A DNA stretch of 64,000 nt from Bacilli bacterium (GTDB lineage: Bacteria > Bacillota_I > Bacilli_A > RFN20 > CAG-826). The number at the start of each line of letters is the position of its first letter. Within the stretch, counting starts at the first letter, position 1. A program made the position numbers and the translations under genes. The stretch spans positions 585 to 64,584 of the forward strand of contig JBAZED010000007.1 of NCBI GenBank assembly GCA_041654095.1. Reading direction: 5' to 3'. Below, one piece after another: positions 8,401 through 17,485 of this stretch. A model generated the notes under the pieces. That model did not search any database. It was given only the letters and a program-made list of their open reading frames with translations, and was not told where the DNA came from.

Positions 8401-8773
8401 GGGGATGTCATGGCATCGACAGGGTTGTGTTCGCAGTGACTGCAGCCGAGTGATGACGTAATCATCAAAACAAAGATAACTGGCAACAGAAATCTTTCAT
8501 ACGCTGCCGCTTAATTAAGCTCCAATATACCGGATTAGGTTTCTAACCTAGCAGCGCGCTTCCGAAGGTTTGGTCCCTCACGCTTCGGGTCAGTGTCATA
8601 ACAAGGGAATAAGGTTCTAGGTCGACTAGCCGAAGGACACGAAAACCCCTTAGTCTCGCATTAGATACTTCGATGATGCTGTCATCTAGTGTTAAATAAT
8701 AAGATCGTCTAAGCTGTAGACGTTATTGTAGGACCTTCTTTGGACCGGAGTTCAATTCTCCGCATCTCCACCA
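8401..8773 (+). ncRNA. ssrA: tmRNA (ssrA), transfer-messenger RNA
   Basis: 5' GGGGATGTCATGGCATCGACAGGG closely matches Bacillus tmRNA (GGGGACGUUACGGAUUCGACAGGG). 3' tRNA-like end GGACCGGAGTTCAATTCTCCGCATCTCCACCA includes the encoded CCA. Internal tag ORF after GAUAACU reads GGC AAC AGA AAT CTT TCA TAC GCT GCC GCT TAA TTAA, giving (A)GNRNLSYAAA. Extended -10 (TGTTATGCT) upstream and a terminator downstream. Confidence 0.85.
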
Positions 8774-8785
8774 GGAAACCCTTTA

Positions 8786-8825
8786 AACCTCGATATTCCT
8801 TCGATTGGAACGAGGTTTTTCTTTT
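8786..8825 (+). terminator. Rho-independent terminator of ssrA
   Basis: Hairpin AACCTCG-loop-CGAGGTT followed by TTTTTCTTTT. Confidence 0.7.
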
Positions 8826-9101
8826 AACAGAGCGCATGATATCTTTTGAGAATAACCAATATTTACGTGTGTAGACCACCATAGTATAATAGGGGTTCTT
8901 TATGCAATTCTTTTTGGTCTGATAGAAAAGTATAACCTTGAAATTTCAAGGCCTTTGTTTTCAATTGTGCGTTTTGTTTATGAATGATAAAAATATTTCC
9001 AAACCGAATTTGTCAATTCCAACCAAACCTCTTTTGACCCGCGCTAATTTGCTCTGAATTCAAGAGACAAAAACAAATTGTAGTATTTATTAAAAACGCA
9101 A

Positions 9102-9911
9102 CTATTCTCCATGTGCTTGCTTTCGCAAAAATGCGACAATCGAAACGATCGCTAACGATAGCATAATTATTCCGCCTATCAGCAAATAAGCCCAAAAGGG
9201 CAAATCATATGAACCCTGACTGTTTAGCGCCTCATTGAGCAAAGCCTTAACCGGCCAAAAATTCGGAGCGATACCTAGAAGATATTGTTTCCAATCGCTC
9301 ATGGCATCGATTAATACAAGGGCGGGTATCATGACCAAAATCCCTCCGCTTTTCATAAAGGCAAAACCTTCAATTTTGTTCTTTGCTATTGAGGCAATCA
9401 AAGTCCCGACGGCCGGTACGATTAAGGAACTGACTAACGAAAAGGCAATGATGTGGATATAATCCAAATTATCAAAGCCAAAAGATGCTGAGCCAAATGA
9501 AAACGAATAGGCGTCGTTGGCAAGCCACTTAATGCCAAGAATAAGGAAAAGATTCCCGGCAAACGAGAAAATATAAGAATATATGGTTTTAAAAATAATA
9601 TAGCCGGTTAGTGAGACGGGGGTTACGGCAATCGACTTAATCGTCTTTTCGTCTTTATTTTCAAGAAGAGAAAATCCAAGAAGCGATCCCGAGACATAGC
9701 CTCCGATGGAAATGACGACGACAAAAATGATGATCATCGTGAGACTATACGCAATATCCGAATTATTTAATCCGCCGCGATTAAGCCCCAAAGGTAAAAG
9801 CCAACCGATAAGAATTAACATAAAAAGCGGGTAGACGAGCAAAAAGACGTTCATCGGATCCCGAAGGATGGTTTTGATTTCGTAAACGAACAGGCGGCAA
9901 TACTTTTTCAT
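9102..9911 (-). CDS. ABC-2 type transporter permease subunit
   Basis: 269 aa with ~6 TM segments. Last gene of a three-gene operon with an ABC ATPase; 2-nt gap to the upstream permease. Confidence 0.6.
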   Translation of the reverse strand: MKKYCRLFVYEIKTILRDPMNVFLLVYPLFMLILIGWLLPLGLNRGGLNNSDIAYSLTMIIIFVVVISIGGYVSGSLLGFSLLENKDEKTIKSIAVTPVSLTGYIIFKTIYSYIFSFAGNLFLILGIKWLANDAYSFSFGSASFGFDNLDYIHIIAFSLVSSLIVPAVGTLIASIAKNKIEGFAFMKSGGILVMIPALVLIDAMSDWKQYLLGIAPNFWPVKALLNEALNSQGSYDLPFWAYLLIGGIIMLSLAIVSIVAFLRKQAHGE

Positions 9912-9913
9912 GA

Positions 9914-10630
9914 TTAACCCTTAATCGCATATGCCTTGTATTTTGGGTAGACGACAAAAGGAAATAAAGCGGCGGGAACAGCCGTTAGCACGCAAACGCC
10001 GATGACAATTTTCCAAATGTCTTTTTTCTCAAAAAGGCTCCCGATCAAATATTGAATTGCATAGCTTGGCGAAATAATCGCAAAATATTCGCTCGACGCG
10101 TCAATTAAGCCAAGAAACACAAGCAAAGTCGGGAGCATCAGAACTAAAACCACAGCCATATACTTCATTAGGAAAGACGCAAAATCAGCACTGTAAAACA
10201 CAATTACATAGCCGATGGCAATGTGCGCCAATGTCGATAAGAAGACGTACATAATTGCCAATAAATAATTTATGACTACACCATGGACTATCAGCATTGT
10301 TAAACTAATTAAAAGAATCGAAGCAATGCTCATCAGCAACGAAGCAATAATTTTCGCTCCTAGGATTTGAACAAGCAAAACCGGAGAAACAAAGAGACTC
10401 TTGATGGTGTTTTCTTGTTTTTCGTAGTAAAAACTAGATGCCAAAAGAATGATGGCCATCACGCCGGTGTCCATCACCATTAGCATAGGCATTAAAGCCT
10501 TGGCCTCGATTTCTTGCGACAAAGCGAGAATCAAAACCCACATGAAGGAAAAGGCAAGGCTGAACCACATTATCTTATATTTGAACAAGCGGATAATGTC
10601 TCCTCTTAACAGTATCAATAGTTTTTTCAT
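9914..10630 (-). CDS. ABC-2 type transporter permease subunit
   Basis: 238 aa, 6 TM. Start overlaps the ATPase stop (ATGA). Confidence 0.6.
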   Translation of the reverse strand: MKKLLILLRGDIIRLFKYKIMWFSLAFSFMWVLILALSQEIEAKALMPMLMVMDTGVMAIILLASSFYYEKQENTIKSLFVSPVLLVQILGAKIIASLLMSIASILLISLTMLIVHGVVINYLLAIMYVFLSTLAHIAIGYVIVFYSADFASFLMKYMAVVLVLMLPTLLVFLGLIDASSEYFAIISPSYAIQYLIGSLFEKKDIWKIVIGVCVLTAVPAALFPFVVYPKYKAYAIKG

Positions 10631-11508
10631 TCGTCTTCTTCTTTTCCGACTACTTTGATAAAGATGTCTTCCATACTCATCTCACCGCTATGAAGGGTGG
10701 TGATGGGATATTGCTTCAAAATAGCCAAAAAGGCGCCATTCGATCCAATGCCTTCCAGCGGGAATGATTCCATATTGGTCGTTTCGTTTTTTAAGTATTC
10801 TACCTTGATTTGATGCTGACCGTATTTTAATTTTAAAGCTCTGGGGGTCGATATTTCGAGGACCTTGCCTTTAGATATAAAAGCCACCTCGTCGCACAGC
10901 TGTTCGACATCACCCATCAGATGAGTCGATATAAATATCGTCTTTCCAGCCGCTTTCAATTCTAAAATAATGTCTTTGATTATACGGGCATTCGTGGGGT
11001 CAAGGCCATTCGTAGGTTCATCAAGAAAGATTACTTTGGGATTGTTTAGCAGCGCTCTTACAAAATTCAGGCGGACCTTCATGCCTTTTGAATATTGTCC
11101 AACTTGCTGGTTTTTCGCTTCGCCTAATCCAACGCGCGTTAGCAATGCTTCATAATCGATTTTTTGGCGATAAAGATTTGCTAAGAACGATAAATTTTCA
11201 ATCGCGGTTAACTTGTTAAAAAACACCGGCATCTCAAAACCAACGCCGATTTCTTCATAAAATGATTTGTCGTATTTCTTCATGGGCTGTCCAAAATATA
11301 GAATCTCCCCTTCATAATCGTTAAGAAGTTTAATCATGAGCTTTTGAGTTGTCGATTTGCCGGCCCCACTTGGGCCCAACAATCCGAATATCGTCCCAGC
11401 CTTAACGCTAAAAGAGACGCCGTTTAGGACATTTCCTTGTTTTTTGTCATATCGATAACTCACATTTTGGAGGACGAACGCATACTCCATATTTTGTCTC
11501 CTTTTCAA
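10627..11508 (-). CDS. ABC transporter ATP-binding protein (ABC-2 exporter type)
   Basis: Walker A GPSGAGKST, ABC signature YSKGMKVRL, Walker B IFLDEPTNGLD, H-loop. Confidence 0.85.
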   Translation of the reverse strand: MKRRQNMEYAFVLQNVSYRYDKKQGNVLNGVSFSVKAGTIFGLLGPSGAGKSTTQKLMIKLLNDYEGEILYFGQPMKKYDKSFYEEIGVGFEMPVFFNKLTAIENLSFLANLYRQKIDYEALLTRVGLGEAKNQQVGQYSKGMKVRLNFVRALLNNPKVIFLDEPTNGLDPTNARIIKDIILELKAAGKTIFISTHLMGDVEQLCDEVAFISKGKVLEISTPRALKLKYGQHQIKVEYLKNETTNMESFPLEGIGSNGAFLAILKQYPITTLHSGEMSMEDIFIKVVGKEEDE

Positions 11509-11972
11509 ATTGCTTGTAAGATAGTAGTTTCGTCGGAAGCAAAGACACTGGTCTTATCCATATTCTAGAATATTTATGACTTGAGCGATAATAGTTTAGT
11601 ATTAGATGGAAACAATCGTTTCAGCCTCAATGACCATCTATTTCCTTTGCAAGTGGACACACTAATCGTCAAGTATATCCGCAGCTGACATTCCTAACCG
11701 AATAGGACAAAGAGTGGTGGCAAGCATCTCACTAGACAGAACCTATAACCTCGTATTTCATTCGACGCAAATGAGGTATTATTTTTTGTCGGTTCGGGCA
11801 ATTTCGTAATTTTCAAAAGCCCCGCTCAAATCGCTGTTCTCAAGAACAAATTAAATTATTAGTTTGCGGTTATTGATATAGCAATCAATTATTTGTAACG
11901 ATCTTCTTCAAATATTTAGGTAAAAAAGATAAAATAATAAAACTTGCGCCTTCTACAAGAGAGAACATTGAT

Positions 11973-14636
11973 ATGAAATCACTAAAAAGATCCTCCTCCT
12001 TCCTGATTGCTTTGGTTCTTACCACCGTTGCCACGATCGCGCTTTCGAACTTGATCAGCCTGCGTGGTTACGGTGGAGCCTTTGGCGAGGGGCAGACATA
12101 TACGATGACATTGAGCGCCGCGACCGGCACATTGACCGCAAATTCCAGCGACGGATATAAGACAGCTTCATATGGTCCGATCGATACCGCTTTAGGCAAT
12201 CCGATCGCCTTTGCCTTTACCGATGGGATGAAAAGCACGGTCAGCAATACCCTGGGGCAGCTAAAAGCCTCTTCTGGGAATTTATATAACGCGACCCCGA
12301 TTACGGGTATCAAATCGATCACCATCAATTATGCGAGCGGCACAAACATGATGCTATATCTCGGAACCAGCGCCAATCCGTCGGGCAACTCCTCTTCTTT
12401 GGCGACCGGAACCGCCGCTAATTCATCCGGCGCATATTCTTATTTCAAGGTGGCATGCGGAAGCAAGTATTCGACAATCACCGGCATCATCATCCAATAC
12501 TCCTGCACGGTCGGAAGCGGCGGTGGAACCGGCACCTCTTCAAGCAGTGATGAAGGCTCATCCTCAGACACGAGCGGCGAAGTCGGTTCAAGCCAATATT
12601 CGCTCGTGACTAGCGCTTCGCAATTGACCATTGGCGTTTCCTATTTAGTAGTAGCTAGCAATAGCGGCGCTTACTACGCCGCCGGAATTCTTTCCAGCGC
12701 TTACTTAACGTCTGTCACCATTCCATCTCCGGTCAGCAATATTATTACGCTTGGTTCGGAATCGGTTTCCACCTTCGTCCTTGGTGGCACAAGCGGCGCC
12801 TACACCCTGACTTCGGCCGAAGGCCAGCTATCCAGTTCGGCGGCCAAAAATGTCAATTACTCTTCGAGCGGATCTGGAACTTGGGCGATTACCATCAGCA
12901 ATCCCGCTGCGGCGATTCAAAACACGACATCTAGCTATGGCAGTATTCAGTACAATTCATCCTCTCCTCACTTCACGACATACACAAGTTCGCTAACAGC
13001 AATTTCATTGTACAAGTCGGCGGCAGAGGTACAGCCTGTGGCTTTGACGGGAGTGACAATCAGCAAATCGTCATTGTCGCTTTCCAAAGACTCGACCTAT
13101 ACCTTGACCGCATCATTTTCCCCGGCTAACGTCTACCCGACACCGACCTTGAATTGGGCGACCGAGAACTCTGGTATCGCCACGGTATCGAACGGCGTCG
13201 TGACCGGAAAAGGCGAGGGAACGACGAATATCGTCGCCACTGCGACACAAGGTTCGACGGTTGTTTCATCATCGTGCGAGGTGACGGTGACTCTATCCCC
13301 GAACTACACGGTCAAAACGATGGCGTACGATTATCGAGACTATATGGACAACAACTATTACTCGAACATGGACTCGATGCCGACGACCGGGACGGTCAAT
13401 CTCTTGGTCATCCCCGTCCAATTAGCTGGGACGACAATGACGGAAGCGACTCGTTCGCGCATTCAAAAAGCCTATTTTGGAACGGAAGCCGAAACTGGTT
13501 GGCACTCGGTCAGTTCGTTTTATAACGAAGAATCGAATGGAAGGCTGACCATCACCGGCGCAGTCGCTCCGATTTATCCGACCAGTTACGAAACGACGAT
13601 CACCGAAGCGCAGACGACATCTTTGGTCACGACCGCGACGAACTGGTACAAAACGAATTATAGCGTGAACAGCGGCAGAGAATTCGACGCCGACAGCGAT
13701 GGATACATCGATGGTGTCGTGCTGATCTATAGCGCGCCAAACAATTATGAAGGTAACGACAACCTCTGGGCTTACTGCTATTGGACGGCCGTCAATGAGA
13801 ATGTCTCTTCGCCGGTCGCCAACACCTATTTCTGGGCATCCTATGACTTCATGGATGAGTCCGCAAACTGCGAAATTGACGCCCATACCTACATCCACGA
13901 AACAGGGCACCTCATGGGTCTCGATGACTATTATAACTATGATTCCGCGAGCACTGACGGAGCGGCGGGCGGATTCAACATGCAAGACTTCAATGTCGGC
14001 GAACACGATCCTTACTCGCGCGTCGCTCTCGGCTGGATCGATCCAATCGTCCCGACCGGAAATACGACTTTGACTATCGCCCCCGGACAAGCGATCATCC
14101 TCTCACCCAACGATTTGAGTTCTAATTCACCGTTCGACGAATATCTGATTCTCGATGTGTATTCACCGATGGGTCTAAACGAATTTGATGCGACATATGA
14201 ATATGGCGGTTCAGGATCGATGTATCCAAAAGGGCCGAGCACCACGGGAATCCGCGTCTGGCACGTCGATGCGCGATTGATGAAAAATTATCCCGGCAGC
14301 GGAATTCCGACTTTGACGACATCGATATCGCCCGGGAACGATTACTACCACGCGATGAGCAACTCGACAAACAGCTCATACGGGTCGAAGTATTCCGGCT
14401 ACCGCGACTATCGACTGCTGCATTTATTGCAGTGTGGCGGCGCTAATACATACGCGGAAAACGGCCAATTTGCGGCTGACGACATATGGACGGCTGGAGA
14501 TGCATTCTCCATGAGTTCGTATGCCTCATTTTTCGTCGACAGCGGCAAGCTCAACAGCGGAACGGCGCTTCCTTACTCTTTCTCCGTCACATCGATCAGC
14601 GGAACTAATGTGACGATATCAATCTCCAAAAATTAG
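11973..14636 (+). CDS. Secreted zinc metalloprotease with Big_2 domain (HExxHxxGxxD, M6/immune-inhibitor-A-like)
   Basis: Signal peptide, then long Ser/Thr/Gly-rich low-complexity regions. Big_2 Ig-like domain (…IATVSNGVVTGKGEGTTNIVATATQGSTVVSSSCEVTV). Zinc site YIHETGHLMGLDDYY. Confidence 0.6.
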   Translation: MKSLKRSSSFLIALVLTTVATIALSNLISLRGYGGAFGEGQTYTMTLSAATGTLTANSSDGYKTASYGPIDTALGNPIAFAFTDGMKSTVSNTLGQLKASSGNLYNATPITGIKSITINYASGTNMMLYLGTSANPSGNSSSLATGTAANSSGAYSYFKVACGSKYSTITGIIIQYSCTVGSGGGTGTSSSSDEGSSSDTSGEVGSSQYSLVTSASQLTIGVSYLVVASNSGAYYAAGILSSAYLTSVTIPSPVSNIITLGSESVSTFVLGGTSGAYTLTSAEGQLSSSAAKNVNYSSSGSGTWAITISNPAAAIQNTTSSYGSIQYNSSSPHFTTYTSSLTAISLYKSAAEVQPVALTGVTISKSSLSLSKDSTYTLTASFSPANVYPTPTLNWATENSGIATVSNGVVTGKGEGTTNIVATATQGSTVVSSSCEVTVTLSPNYTVKTMAYDYRDYMDNNYYSNMDSMPTTGTVNLLVIPVQLAGTTMTEATRSRIQKAYFGTEAETGWHSVSSFYNEESNGRLTITGAVAPIYPTSYETTITEAQTTSLVTTATNWYKTNYSVNSGREFDADSDGYIDGVVLIYSAPNNYEGNDNLWAYCYWTAVNENVSSPVANTYFWASYDFMDESANCEIDAHTYIHETGHLMGLDDYYNYDSASTDGAAGGFNMQDFNVGEHDPYSRVALGWIDPIVPTGNTTLTIAPGQAIILSPNDLSSNSPFDEYLILDVYSPMGLNEFDATYEYGGSGSMYPKGPSTTGIRVWHVDARLMKNYPGSGIPTLTTSISPGNDYYHAMSNSTNSSYGSKYSGYRDYRLLHLLQCGGANTYAENGQFAADDIWTAGDAFSMSSYASFFVDSGKLNSGTALPYSFSVTSISGTNVTISISKN

Positions 14637-14661
14637 CGTCAAAAGAGAACAATCATCAACA

Positions 14662-14698
14662 AAAAAAGGCGGCTGTGGAACCGACGTGCCGCCTTTTG
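14662..14698. terminator. Bidirectional rho-independent terminator between convergent genes
   Basis: AAAAAAAGGCGGC-tgtggaaccgacgt-GCCGCCTTTT, palindromic with A/T runs on both sides. Confidence 0.7.
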
Positions 14699-14784
14699 AT
14701 TTATCAAATATATTGTAGCTTGGCTCATCTCCTCACTTGTGGCGATGACTAAATTTCCGTTAGGCATGTCGACCTCATTTGGCT

Positions 14785-17145
14785 CTATGGCGTTGGCTTC
14801 TTAAGTGTTTCCGGGCGATGGTAGAAAAATCCTTGATGAATAAAGCAGCCGAGCGCTTGCATCGCTTTCGCCATTTCCGCGTTTTCAATTTTCTCGGCGA
14901 CGATGGCTATTTTCTGTCGCTCGGTGATTTTTACTAGCCCGCTGACGACTTGCCTGATGTTTTCCGAATCGAGTCGAGTGGCGAAAATTCCATCGAGTTT
15001 AAGAAAATCATATGGGAATAAATCGAGGATGCCAAGCGACGAGTATTGGCTGCCGAAATCATCGATGGCGATTGAAAAGCCATCCCGTTTATAACCCTTG
15101 ATCTTCTTGATGGTCTGATCGATATTTTGGACGAAGGTATTCTCGGATATTTCGATAATTAACTTGCTGTAGTCCAGCTGGTATTGAGCAGCCTTTTCCC
15201 TGATTAGGTTACTGAAGTACGGGCGGAGAAAGGCACTAGCCGAAATATTGATTGACAAGCGGTTGGGGGCGCCCATCTCGGCATATATTTTCAGCGTGCG
15301 ATCGAGCAAGTAATCATCGAGGGCGTCAATCAAGTTGGATTTTATCGCGTACGAAAACATCGCGGTAGGAGGAATGAAACCGAGGTCGGGATCAGTCCAG
15401 CGGGCGAGGGCCTCCATGAAGACGACGCTACCGTCGCGTGAATCGACGACATTTTGAAAGACGACATCGATCTGGCTATTCGCAATTGCTAAGTCCAGTT
15501 TGTTGGCGAGTTTGATATTGCTCTCCAGCATTTTTTTCATCTTCGGCGAATATTTTATGATGATGTTGTGCTCGGATAAAGCCGCTTCGGAAACGGCCAT
15601 GCTTGCGCACGTTATCAAATCGCGGAGATTGTCGGCGTCTTCGCCGAGAACGGCAAAGCCGATGTGATTTTCCAACAGGACGTGAATGCCTTGGATTTCG
15701 TGCTGAATTGATAGTCCGCTCTTTGCGTGGGCGAATAGCGCGTCGATTTCCTGATCATTGGGATCGATGAGAATTATGATTAAATCCCGGGAGTTGGCGA
15801 TGGCGGCGATGTTTCCTCTATCGATATAAGGAGTCAGCGTCGTCGATAATTGTTTCACGAGCGATTCGGTGAACTCCACGCCATAATAATCGTAAAGCTG
15901 TTTGTAATTGCCGATCGTAATGTAGAAGCACACAGCGGATTTTACATTCTTGAGCTCGCCGATTTTGTCGAGCAATCCGCGCTGATTGTAGAGGCCGGTC
16001 AGTGCATCGTGAGTTGCTAAGTAATGCAGTTGCTCGTTGAGCAATTTCAACTGATGAATATCTTGGTATATCGTAATAATCGTATTGTTTTTGGTTGGGA
16101 AAGCGCTGATGATGAATGGCTTGTTGACGGGCTGAATCGTAAATTCAAATGACTCCATTTCTCCAGAATTGAGAATTCTCGCATAGCGAATGCTGCGATT
16201 TTCAATTTCATCAGGGATGATTTGCGAACCTTTATGGCCGATAATCATCTCCTCGGTATATCCCGCTAGCTGTGTAAACGCCTGGTTGACATAGATGAAA
16301 TCGAAATCGACCATCTGCCCTTGATCATCGAAAATTGGCTTTTGTTCGATGACGCCGATCGGAAGATTTTGCAGCAGATCGGCTTGATCCATCTTGGTCG
16401 AGATGAGCGCATCCTCGACCTCTTCATAATCGGTCACGTCGATGGCCAACGCGACAAAGCGCTCGTTGAGAACATAGGAGCCCTTAATTTGAAGGGCGAC
16501 GGGTTTTTCCAAATGCGGCAAGCGAACGTGGTACTTGCGATTGATTAGTTCTTGATTCTCGAGGATTTGATCGAGCCAATTAGCCTTTGCTAAATCGCCC
16601 TCATCCAAAAGCCCTCGAAATTCCTCTTTCGGCAGCGAAAACACCGTGTCGGATAATTGGTACTTATTCGAAAAGGAATCCGACAGTCTAATTTCGATTG
16701 TGTCGTGGTCGAATGAATATCCTAATAGGACGGATTCATTAAAATCAAATGAGGCCTGGCTAACCTTGCGGTCAGCTGTCCTCAGCCGCGCCTCGCCCGA
16801 AAGGCTGACGGCGAATAGCATATAGATGGCAGGCATCAAGAAGTGGATGATGATATTCGCGACTGCATTATCGTGGATGGGTTCCAGCAAATTAAATAAT
16901 TCAAAGATAAGTTGTGCGATGATGCTCAATAGCACCAATATGGTCATCCATCTGACAAAGGCAGGCCGTTCTTTAAAATTGGCTAGAAGTGAGAAAAGCA
17001 GGAGTAAGAAAACTCCCAGAAGAAGGACGGCTCGATGCCAATTGAGGGCAGTAGGAACGAAATACAACCCGGCATATGTCAAACAATAAAAGGCCGCCAA
17101 TGAGAAGAAAACAACCTTATTGATAATCGCTGATTTACGCTTCAT
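14785..17145 (-). CDS. Membrane-bound c-di-GMP phosphodiesterase: N-terminal TM sensor, degenerate GGDEF, EAL domain
   Basis: GGDEF-domain start DALTGLYNQRG, but the active-site motif is degenerate (YGVEF). EAL motifs EALARW, DDFGSQYSSL, QGFFYHRP. Start chosen at ATG 17145 (MKRKSAIINK…TM) rather than the TTG at 17217. Confidence 0.75.
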   Translation of the reverse strand: MKRKSAIINKVVFFSLAAFYCLTYAGLYFVPTALNWHRAVLLLGVFLLLLFSLLANFKERPAFVRWMTILVLLSIIAQLIFELFNLLEPIHDNAVANIIIHFLMPAIYMLFAVSLSGEARLRTADRKVSQASFDFNESVLLGYSFDHDTIEIRLSDSFSNKYQLSDTVFSLPKEEFRGLLDEGDLAKANWLDQILENQELINRKYHVRLPHLEKPVALQIKGSYVLNERFVALAIDVTDYEEVEDALISTKMDQADLLQNLPIGVIEQKPIFDDQGQMVDFDFIYVNQAFTQLAGYTEEMIIGHKGSQIIPDEIENRSIRYARILNSGEMESFEFTIQPVNKPFIISAFPTKNNTIITIYQDIHQLKLLNEQLHYLATHDALTGLYNQRGLLDKIGELKNVKSAVCFYITIGNYKQLYDYYGVEFTESLVKQLSTTLTPYIDRGNIAAIANSRDLIIILIDPNDQEIDALFAHAKSGLSIQHEIQGIHVLLENHIGFAVLGEDADNLRDLITCASMAVSEAALSEHNIIIKYSPKMKKMLESNIKLANKLDLAIANSQIDVVFQNVVDSRDGSVVFMEALARWTDPDLGFIPPTAMFSYAIKSNLIDALDDYLLDRTLKIYAEMGAPNRLSINISASAFLRPYFSNLIREKAAQYQLDYSKLIIEISENTFVQNIDQTIKKIKGYKRDGFSIAIDDFGSQYSSLGILDLFPYDFLKLDGIFATRLDSENIRQVVSGLVKITERQKIAIVAEKIENAEMAKAMQALGCFIHQGFFYHRPETLKKPTP

Positions 17146-17485
17146 TTTTCTCTCAATTCTCTTTTGGGTAGATTTGGTGAATATGAATTGTTTGTATGTA
17201 TCTATATTATAAAGCAATTTAATTATAAGCCATAAATTTGCTCATGTGAGGTAGCCAAAACACATGCTGATTTTTGAAATTGTCTGATAGGATGGCGATA
17301 ATATTTTCCGTATTTGGCTATCCAAAAAGTGTGCTTGAGCGCTTTTTGCATTAACCGCTTGATGTTCAGTGGTTTGATATTTTGCAGACCCCGCCTTAAT
17401 GTCGTATGGAATAATGAATTATTCATTGATATAGATCTATCACGAACATAGAATGAAATAAGAAGGCTTTTTCGTTAATAGAAAA

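Noticed and set aside
13154-14379. Multiple 77-222-aa ORFs overlapping the metalloprotease gene on both strands
   Set aside because: All are internal or antisense to an 887-aa CDS with clear domains. This is a compositional artefact.
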